A DNA stretch of 64,000 bases, from positions 369-64,368 of IMG/VR virus record IMGVR_UViG_3300032308_001355, one strand, 5' to 3'. This DNA is from a virus (taxonomy: Duplodnaviria; Caudoviricetes). The notes beneath the pieces were generated by a model. It was not told the origin of the DNA. It ran no database searches and worked only from the letters and a program-made list of their open reading frames with translations. Of this stretch, positions 7,459 through 14,834 are shown in pieces. The position numbers and the translations under genes are program-made. Positions within the stretch are counted from its first letter, which is position 1; every line of letters begins with the position of its first letter.

Positions 7459-7995
7459 ATGAGTAAGCGCGAGATGTACGACGGAGTTATTGCTGAGGTC
7501 GAGTACGACAAGGCACTAATTCAGATAGATAATGCTTCATATATAGATGTAGTACGGGAAGGTAGCGTTAAGTTAGCCCTACCTGAAAATGGTGTATCGC
7601 TAAAAAGCGCGACCAGCGTGTTCGCCGACTACGACGTTCGCGACGCACTACTTGTTAAGACTATGGAAGATGAGGAGTTTGCCTTCGTCCTTATCAACAA
7701 GATTGGTTCAACCGTAAAGTCTAAGGTAGAAGATAAGACTATTACCCAAGATGATGTAGAAGCCCTAGCAACGGCAGGGCAGGTACTTGTTATGTGGGAA
7801 CAGTTTGGTGGCGCGCTCGTAATGACCGCACTACTTGATAACGTTATTGAGGAGTACAACCTCTCTACCCCTAGCCTTGCTGATATTACTAAGCGCCTAT
7901 TAGAGGTAAAGGATTACTTCCCGTTTGCTGAAACCCGTAAGGGGTCAGTTGCAGACCTTTCAGGCAAATTAGAAGAAGGGCTAAGTAATGAATAA
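7459..7995 (+). CDS. helical hypothetical protein (possibly DUF4192-like), paralog A
   Basis: DVRDALL and DDVEALA...PSLA; shares a block with the next gene. Confidence 0.7.
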   Translation: MSKREMYDGVIAEVEYDKALIQIDNASYIDVVREGSVKLALPENGVSLKSATSVFADYDVRDALLVKTMEDEEFAFVLINKIGSTVKSKVEDKTITQDDVEALATAGQVLVMWEQFGGALVMTALLDNVIEEYNLSTPSLADITKRLLEVKDYFPFAETRKGSVADLSGKLEEGLSNE

Positions 7996-8536
7996 AGCAG
8001 AGCGCCTTTACCGCTTCGGGGAGATTATGAGTACGGTAGGACTATTACCCGATATTACTATGGAAGATGATGTCGCTGAGGCTGAGGCTGAAAGCGCAAA
8101 AGAGTGGGTTCTACCTAATCTTACTAAGAACCTATCCGATAGTGGGCTAAGTCAAGCAATTCTATGCCAAAGCCTTCGTGAAGATGTAGAGTTTAAGTTT
8201 AAGTTAGTAGCACTATTAACTAACAGCGCGACTATGGCTCTCAATAATTGTATAGAGAACGATACTAACCCTACTGATGATGATGTAGAAGCCTTAGCAA
8301 TTAGCGCAAATATCTTATGGAGTAGTGGTCAGACTAAGGGCTTGTACCAAATGCTAGGGTTACTAAGTCATATATGCTCACAATTCGATAGGAAGATACC
8401 TGAGTTAGCAACAGCCTTTATTCGCTCTAATGACGGAATAGATACCTTTGGACGGCTAGACCCACTAGAACTACTAGCAGGTAATGTTACGAAAGATGAT
8501 GTTCGTAACTTACGCGCCGACCAAGACGGGGAGTAA
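7988..8536 (+). CDS. helical hypothetical protein, paralog B
   Basis: DDVEALA...PELA block shared with the upstream gene. Confidence 0.7.
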   Translation: MNKAERLYRFGEIMSTVGLLPDITMEDDVAEAEAESAKEWVLPNLTKNLSDSGLSQAILCQSLREDVEFKFKLVALLTNSATMALNNCIENDTNPTDDDVEALAISANILWSSGQTKGLYQMLGLLSHICSQFDRKIPELATAFIRSNDGIDTFGRLDPLELLAGNVTKDDVRNLRADQDGE

Positions 8537-8617
8537 TCCCTATTAGGACTACTAGGCTAACCGAGCCAATTAAGCCGTAATTGCATAGTAGTCCTACCTA
8601 ATAACTAAATAGAGAAT

Positions 8618-8626
8618 TGTGGATAA
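8618..8626 (-). promoter_or_regulatory. single perfect DnaA box
   Basis: TGTGGATAA = reverse complement of TTATCCACA, intergenic. Confidence 0.5.
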
Positions 8627-8864
8627 CCCTATTAAGTAAGGATAGGTGTAGGCGCAACTTCACGACCTGAGGGTATCGGACTAGAGGTAATAGCGATATT
8701 ACAGTTACGACTAGGGGTGTTGCTGAAATACTAGGACTACTTAAACTGCCTTACTGCCATTGTGCGCACAATACAGACCGTACTTAATAGTGCCGTTGTA
8801 CCACGATAGGTAGTAGCCCTAGTAGTTACTTCAATTACTTACTAGGGTTACTTCCTTAAATCTA

Positions 8865-8912
8865 GGGTTGTTATATATAAAACTTGCACTTACTAATTAA
8901 ATACGTTTAACT
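8865..8912 (+). promoter_or_regulatory. early promoter 8 with box
   Basis: GGGTTGTTATATA-6-TTGCAC-17-TTAACT. Confidence 0.65.
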
Positions 8913-8946
8913 AAACCAAAACCAAATGACGAGAAAGGTCAAACAG

Positions 8947-10374
8947 ATGTCCATAGCACTATTCGTAGAAAGTAACGCAGGTGAGTTAGATAACTTACCT
9001 GCAACCGCACAGACTTTATTATTCGCACACGATAACACTATTAAAACTTACCACCGTATTAGTAATGGTAGTAAGGGTAAGGGTCAAGTATGGAAGAGCG
9101 TTGATGATATTAGCGCGCTACCTATTAACCCTATCAACCGCGCACCCGTAGGTGTCTTGCTTACCGCGCGCGACCTAGCACTAGCCGACTTAGATAGTAT
9201 TACTAATATATCTATCAAGGCTATCTATGCTAGTGAGAACGCTGAGGCTATTGCAGAACCTATTGCTCACCGTGAAATGGTCGCTAATCTTACTTCGCGC
9301 CTTATCTATGGCGACCAAGCACTAGCAGATTATGTAACTGATAAGCGTAGTAGCACAGGCACAGCGCAAGGAATTGTTATTAACCCTATTAACGTAGAGG
9401 TTACTGAGCCTATTGCAGAGGTAACCAACACAAACGCCACCGTATCTGAGCCAGTAGTTACTAGCACTATTAAGTTGCCTGATATGGCGCTTAATATGAT
9501 TACAGTACCCGACCCTAAATGGGCTAAAGAATACGTTAATCGTCGTATTGCAGGGCGCACAGATTGGGATATTTATGACCAAGCACTAGCCGACGGAGAT
9601 AATATCCTTATCGAAGGTGGCGCAGGTAGTGGTAAGACTATTAGCGTTCAGAGTTATGCAAGTGCGCGTGGCTATCGTTACTTTAACGTATCAAATAATA
9701 ATGGTATTGACCCTTCACAGTTATTCGGTCGTTGGATACCTAAGTCAGACGGTCAGGGCTATATGTGGCAGGACGGCGCAGTAACTCTACTCGTTCGTCA
9801 TGGTGGAGTGTTGTTACTTAATGAAGTCAATTTCCTACCTGCTAGGGTTAGTACCGTACTCTTCTCACTTCTCGATTATCGTCGTGAGATACAGTTGCTA
9901 GAAAATGGTGGCGAAGTAGTTAAGGCGCACCCTAACTTACTAATCGTAGCCGATATGAACTATGGCTATAAAGGTACGCAAGAACTTAATCAAGCGTTCA
10001 GCGACCGCTTCAATATCAAGTTAGAGTTTCCTTATGACCGCACTATTGAAAATAAGGTTATTGGCTCTAAGGCTATCCTTAATCTTGCAGACCAGTTACG
10101 CGACCAGTACGACAAAGAAGAAATTAGTAGCCCTATCTCTACTCGTTCGTTAGTAAGCCTAGTAAAGAACGCACGTCGCTTCGGTACTGAGTTTGCTATC
10201 GGCTCGTTCGTAAATGGCTTCAACAAAGATGAACGCAACGGTGTTCGCCTTGCTTGTGAAACACACAAAGACAATATCGAACAGGACTTAGGATTAGCGC
10301 CTACAAAAGCGCACCCAGTATCGCCTGATGAAGTAGAACAGTACGCTAATTCTATCAACGCATGGGTTAAGTAA
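8947..10374 (+). CDS. MoxR/CbbQ/CobS-like AAA+ ATPase
   Basis: Walker A GGAGSGKT, Walker B variant LLLNEVN, MN.GY.GT.ELN.AF.DRF, STRSL; RBS GAGAAAGG. Confidence 0.9.
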   Translation: MSIALFVESNAGELDNLPATAQTLLFAHDNTIKTYHRISNGSKGKGQVWKSVDDISALPINPINRAPVGVLLTARDLALADLDSITNISIKAIYASENAEAIAEPIAHREMVANLTSRLIYGDQALADYVTDKRSSTGTAQGIVINPINVEVTEPIAEVTNTNATVSEPVVTSTIKLPDMALNMITVPDPKWAKEYVNRRIAGRTDWDIYDQALADGDNILIEGGAGSGKTISVQSYASARGYRYFNVSNNNGIDPSQLFGRWIPKSDGQGYMWQDGAVTLLVRHGGVLLLNEVNFLPARVSTVLFSLLDYRREIQLLENGGEVVKAHPNLLIVADMNYGYKGTQELNQAFSDRFNIKLEFPYDRTIENKVIGSKAILNLADQLRDQYDKEEISSPISTRSLVSLVKNARRFGTEFAIGSFVNGFNKDERNGVRLACETHKDNIEQDLGLAPTKAHPVSPDEVEQYANSINAWVK

Positions 10375-10376
10375 TC

Positions 10377-12296
10377 ATGCCACGTCCTCGTACTCACTAC
10401 TTAGATGAGGTTAGTAGTCTTATTACAGACTATCGTGTAGATGAAAACGGTAATTATGTAGCCATGAGCGCCGACGGCTTTACACGCACAGACCTTATAG
10501 AACAGGTTGCTGAGGAGAAGTCACGCTTAGACGGTATTAGTAGTGTGTATCAAACCGCAGATAGGATTATTAGTGGTGACGATATTAACGTTACCGTAGT
10601 GCGTAATCCTGAAATGGATACTACTGCTACTAATAATGGGCGTGAGATTATCTTCAACGCTAATCTTATTGAGGACTTAGATACCGATACTATCGTATCT
10701 ATGAACGGTACTAACTACCATGAACTAGCGCATATTCTATTCTCTCCACGCGCAGGTTCAGCACTAGGTCAGTATGTAACTAATAATAAGATGAAGCGCG
10801 CCTTCAATATGCTAGAGGAGTCGCGTATTGAAAAGATGTTAGTCGCTAAGTACCCTGCTACTCGTCTATTCCTAGAAGCAACCGTCCTAGACTATGCACT
10901 AAAAGATAGTCCTGATAAGTGGGGCGATATGTTTCCAGTTATTACAGGTCGTCGCTACTTAGATGTAGAACTACGGCAAATGATTGCTGATAAGTTTATT
11001 AACTCTTACGGCTCAGAGGTAGCACAGACAGTTAGTAGGATTGTTAATGAGTATGGCTCGTTGATATTCCCTACCGACTTTACGCGTGGTATGGAGTTAA
11101 TCGCTGAGTACTCGCAGTTAGTAGGATTAGATACTGAACCGCAAGGTCAGATACCTAACGGCAACGGTGACGGTCATAGTCATAATGAACGCAACGTATT
11201 ACAAAAGGGTCGCCCTGCTTCCACTAAAGAACAGGAACGCTTGCAGGGTAAGTCAGGTAGTGGAGAAGGCGAAAACCTTAACGGCGATAATGTTATCAAC
11301 GGTGAAAAAGGTAACGGTAATGGAACTACCCCTGCATGGGGCGTAGGTGGAGAAGGCATTGAATACACAGGTGAGCAAACGTCTTACACAAACTCTGATG
11401 AAGATATTGCTCGCGCACTAACGCAACGCCTAAAAGATATTCACGCTGATAGCCGTATTAAGAACGAAGTCCGTGAAGTCCGTAAGGCTATTACAGGTAA
11501 TGATGAGGTGCGCTCTACTCTAAAGAATAGTAAGCACTTTGACCTAGAAGTAAATACTAACGCTAGTAACTTTGCTCGTCGTTTCGGTGTGGAGTTAGAA
11601 CGCATGGTGCGTGATAGCGACCCTCATTGGGATAAGTTTCTACCTAGTGGTAAGTTAAATGTAAGTCGTACCATGACCCCTGATGTTAATGCTATTGGAC
11701 AGATGTTCGACGTATGGGATACAGGTAACGAAAACACAGACATAGAGGCAGTAATCCTATTAGATAACTCAGGCTCTATGTCGTACCACATGACCGAAGT
11801 ATGCGAGAAGGCATGGATTATTAAACGTGGTATTGAAAATATAGACGGTAGCGTTACCGTGTATAACTTCCATAGTTATAGCGAGTTGCTATACGACAAA
11901 AAGGAAAAGGCTAAGCCACGCCAGCACCGTAGCGTACACGCCACAGGCTCTACTAATCCTATGACGGCTCTAGTAGAGGCAGAACGCACACTAACTACTA
12001 CTGATAAGCATATTAAGATGTTGTTTATTGTTACCGACGGTGAGTGGGAGAACACAGAGGAGTGCGATAGTATTATTAAGCGCCTTAACGATAAGGGCGT
12101 ACTCACTTGTGTAGTATTCATGGGAGATTACAAGCAGGTGCATGAACTTATGGCTGAGGCTAAGCGTGGTAATGAACAAGCACGTCACTACCTACAACGC
12201 CTACGTCATAGTGCTAAGGTATTCAAGGCAGTTGCTAATCCTAAAGACGTGTTGGAGTTGGCAGTTGATATTGTTAAGAGTAAGGTAGGGAAGTAA
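10377..12296 (+). CDS. CobT-like VWA domain protein with N-terminal HExxH motif
   Basis: HELAH, FNMLEESRIE, SGKL, MIDAS DNSGS, TDG. Confidence 0.9.
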   Translation: MPRPRTHYLDEVSSLITDYRVDENGNYVAMSADGFTRTDLIEQVAEEKSRLDGISSVYQTADRIISGDDINVTVVRNPEMDTTATNNGREIIFNANLIEDLDTDTIVSMNGTNYHELAHILFSPRAGSALGQYVTNNKMKRAFNMLEESRIEKMLVAKYPATRLFLEATVLDYALKDSPDKWGDMFPVITGRRYLDVELRQMIADKFINSYGSEVAQTVSRIVNEYGSLIFPTDFTRGMELIAEYSQLVGLDTEPQGQIPNGNGDGHSHNERNVLQKGRPASTKEQERLQGKSGSGEGENLNGDNVINGEKGNGNGTTPAWGVGGEGIEYTGEQTSYTNSDEDIARALTQRLKDIHADSRIKNEVREVRKAITGNDEVRSTLKNSKHFDLEVNTNASNFARRFGVELERMVRDSDPHWDKFLPSGKLNVSRTMTPDVNAIGQMFDVWDTGNENTDIEAVILLDNSGSMSYHMTEVCEKAWIIKRGIENIDGSVTVYNFHSYSELLYDKKEKAKPRQHRSVHATGSTNPMTALVEAERTLTTTDKHIKMLFIVTDGEWENTEECDSIIKRLNDKGVLTCVVFMGDYKQVHELMAEAKRGNEQARHYLQRLRHSAKVFKAVANPKDVLELAVDIVKSKVGK

Positions 12297-12422
12297 ATGG
12301 ATAATCTATTATGCGCTAACTGCGGATATGAGTACGACGAAGTAGATGATGTTGGATTGTGCCAAACGTGTCGTAAAGCCTATGATAAAGGATTACAGAG
12401 GGGTTATGAAATAAATGGATAA
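12297..12422 (+). CDS. zinc-ribbon microprotein (41 aa, not in ORF track)
   Basis: MDNLLCANCG...LCQTCRKAYDKG. Confidence 0.6.
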   Translation: MDNLLCANCGYEYDEVDDVGLCQTCRKAYDKGLQRGYEING

Positions 12423-12648
12423 AGAACTAGAGAAAGCCTACGATAACTACGGCAAAGACGGGAATATAACCGTTGAACAGACCGTTACAGACTATGCAGT
12501 ACTTATGAAAGATATTCTAATTAAAATGCAAGATAGCGTAGAGATGTTAGAGGCTACCGTTATTCAAGTACCACACTTAATAAACCTAATCAAAACAGCG
12601 AACGATTACCTCTTCTATCTAGAAGATAACCGTCGCGTAATCCTATAA
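12415..12648 (+). CDS. hypothetical protein
   Basis: 77 aa helical ORF in operon. Confidence 0.65.
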   Translation: MDKELEKAYDNYGKDGNITVEQTVTDYAVLMKDILIKMQDSVEMLEATVIQVPHLINLIKTANDYLFYLEDNRRVIL

Positions 12649-12666
12649 GAGAAAGAACGATATAAA

Positions 12667-13284
12667 ATGGGTCTAGATATGTACCTATATGCAGAGAAAT
12701 ATATAAGCGGATACGACTATGAAACTATCAACGGAGAACTAACCCGTAGGGATAACCTTATGTACGATAAGGTTATTGAGAGTGCAGGGCTAACTAAACT
12801 ACCCAGCACAGAGTATGGAAGCACAACAGTTACTAAATGCGTGGGTTATTGGCGCAAGGCAAACGCTATTCACGGTTGGATTGTACGCAACCTAGCCGAA
12901 GGTGTAGATGAGTGCCAGCGTATAAATATGAGTCGTGAGGACTTAATATCACTACGCGACTCATGCGTTAAGGAACTTAATAATCGTAGTAACGCACTTC
13001 CTATTAAAGAACCTAAGTCAATATCTATTTCAGACACAGGTGATGAGAGCCTTGTAGTATCCAGTATTGCTAATGCTATTAAGCAAGAAGCACTAAAGAA
13101 GCATACCGAAGTAGTACTAGCAGACCCGTTAGAGTTAGCGCCAACCGCAGGTTTCTTCTTTGGTAACACAGATAAAGATGAGTACTATTATTCAGATATT
13201 GAACACACAGTTGATATGCTGAACTCTCTTCTTGCAGGAACGCAAGATGAGGCTTATAGTTTCTACTATCAAGCCAGTTGGTAA
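12667..13284 (+). CDS. conserved phage protein (MGLDMY family)
   Basis: MGLDMYL, YWRKANAIHGW, GFFFG, YYQASW. Confidence 0.85.
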   Translation: MGLDMYLYAEKYISGYDYETINGELTRRDNLMYDKVIESAGLTKLPSTEYGSTTVTKCVGYWRKANAIHGWIVRNLAEGVDECQRINMSREDLISLRDSCVKELNNRSNALPIKEPKSISISDTGDESLVVSSIANAIKQEALKKHTEVVLADPLELAPTAGFFFGNTDKDEYYYSDIEHTVDMLNSLLAGTQDEAYSFYYQASW

Positions 13285-13435
13285 AAAACTAAATAAAAGT
13301 AGAGAGTAATCTAGTAGGGTTGGTCAGTTTCTATTCTGCCAAGTACCGCTAATGTCTGCTACCACAGAGAACACAGCCGTCAATGCCAATAGTACGCAGT
13401 ACCTATTAGATTACTCCTACAATAACTACTAGAGA

Positions 13436-13702
13436 TTGGAATACTATATGTTTCGTGTTATGGCAACGCTTGTGCATGATGAGTTAGAACCTGCTTATAC
13501 TTATTCAGAGGAAGTATTTGAGAGTAAAGCGGAAGCAGAGAGTTGGATTAACAGCAAAGAAGGCTATCTATTCGCCCAAGATGTAATGATTGGCGTAGAT
13601 GTCCATGAGTATCTAGACGGTTATTTATTAGAGAGCCTAACCGCAGAAGAAACCCCACTTAGTAAGGTTGGTATCTCCCCTAGCGTAACCTTTGGAGAGT
13701 AA
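13436..13702 (+). CDS. acidic hypothetical protein
   Basis: 88 aa ORF in early block. Confidence 0.6.
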   Translation: MEYYMFRVMATLVHDELEPAYTYSEEVFESKAEAESWINSKEGYLFAQDVMIGVDVHEYLDGYLLESLTAEETPLSKVGISPSVTFGE

Positions 13703-13783
13703 TGAGTTCTTGTACTTGGTGCGGAGATACTATGAAAGAGGGCTTATGGGAGAGCCATAAGTGCGTAGAGCCTGTGGAGAATA

Positions 13784-13978
13784 ATGAAAACTGAAATAGA
13801 GATACGAGAAGAGATTGAAGCCATACTTAAAGATATGGCGGAGTCGGGCGACGACTACCAATTTAAGTCATACCTAAACACGGTACTTAATACACTTTAT
13901 TGGGTACTGGGTAGCCTATCTATGGACGAGTTGATAACCGTAACCGAAGAAGAGGCTAACTTTTGGGGAAGCGACTAG
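13784..13978 (+). CDS. hypothetical protein
   Basis: MKTE.EIRE...TL.WVLG; RBS GGAG. Confidence 0.7.
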   Translation: MKTEIEIREEIEAILKDMAESGDDYQFKSYLNTVLNTLYWVLGSLSMDELITVTEEEANFWGSD

Positions 13979-14028
13979 CGTTCCAACACAAACCGCAGTA
14001 TATTTAACCCACTATCGAAAGGAAAAAA

Positions 14029-14316
14029 ATGAGTAAAAAAGTAAATGCCTTGTTTAATGGCGAACTACGCAAGAATAAGGAAAAAGGTGGCGCTTGGGTT
14101 GCTGAGTATGTAGTTACTCGCGCTGACTTTGATAAGCCTGTAAAGGCTGAGTACTCTGCATGGTCTAATGCCTCTGCTGGTAAGCGTTGGTTGAAGGCTA
14201 TGGTGTTGGCAAATACTCCTAAGAAAAGTATTAAAATGGTAGCCACCTCAGATGTAGATGAAAAAGGCAAGCCAGTACTATTTAACGGTGATGTTGTATT
14301 TAAGATTGAACTGTAA
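14029..14316 (+). CDS. basic hypothetical protein
   Basis: RBS GAAAGGA, 95 aa. Confidence 0.75.
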   Translation: MSKKVNALFNGELRKNKEKGGAWVAEYVVTRADFDKPVKAEYSAWSNASAGKRWLKAMVLANTPKKSIKMVATSDVDEKGKPVLFNGDVVFKIEL

Positions 14317-14330
14317 AGAGAGGAAAGATT

Positions 14331-14525
14331 ATGTGGTATTTCAAACAGGACGAAACAACAACAGCAGAAGAGCCGAAGTTTAATGTAGGTCACTACGCAC
14401 CTAACGGAGACTTTATCCCAGCCTTTACTTGCGACGACGCAATTACAGCCTCAGTTATAGTTAATAGCCTTAACGGCGGTAAGTCTTTAGTAAATAATAA
14501 AGATAACGAAACACCTGCGGAATAG
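14331..14525 (+). CDS. hypothetical protein
   Basis: VGHYAPNG...VNSLNGG; RBS GAGGA. Confidence 0.7.
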   Translation: MWYFKQDETTTAEEPKFNVGHYAPNGDFIPAFTCDDAITASVIVNSLNGGKSLVNNKDNETPAE

Positions 14526-14535
14526 GAGAGAGTCC

Positions 14536-14658
14536 GTGACCGACAACAACACCGATTGGGAGAGTCTTTTAGAGGACTTTGAGTGTGAGGATTGCGGAGA
14601 GAGTATCGTAGATTGTTCTTGCGATACAGAAGAGTATGAGTTTGAAGAAGAAGAATAA
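14536..14658 (+). CDS. extremely acidic Cys-containing microprotein (40 aa, not in ORF track)
   Basis: MTDNNTDWESLLEDFECEDCGESIVDCSCDTEEYEFEEEE; RBS AGGAG. Confidence 0.6.
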   Translation: MTDNNTDWESLLEDFECEDCGESIVDCSCDTEEYEFEEEE

Positions 14659-14787
14659 GCCTTAGTGAATACTATAAAGAAGTGTTAAAGAGACTCTTAC
14701 CTTTCTCACTCTAAGGACGGTCAAGACTTCTTTCTCTTTGTAATTGGCGAAGAGAGAGGACGAGCCGCACCTGCACTTCAATATAGA

Positions 14788-14826
14788 AGAAGCCCCCTGT
14801 ATCTTGCGCAGGGGGCTTCTTTATTT
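14788..14826. terminator. terminator at convergence of plus and minus blocks
   Basis: AGAAGCCCCCTG/CAGGGGGCTTCT stem with T-rich tails. Confidence 0.8.
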
Positions 14827-14834
14827 AGAGAGAG

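Larger units (their letters stand above)
2910..13993. repeat. dispersed CAACACAAAC / GTTTGTGTTG motif family (9 copies)
   Basis: forward at 2910, 3414, 4055, 5346, 6612, 13984; reverse at 3993, 5266, 6516; all intergenic. Confidence 0.9.

Noticed and set aside
8537-8925. Retron msr-msd or group I/II intron
   Set aside because: No reverse transcriptase or homing endonuclease nearby, no interrupted gene, and no recognisable catalytic core motifs.
1891-13993. CRISPR array interpretation of the early-region repeats plus Cas4-like gene
   Set aside because: Repeats are 10-13 bp, irregularly spaced and separated by whole genes; the Cas4-like nuclease is a solo gene in the recombination cluster and no other cas genes are present.
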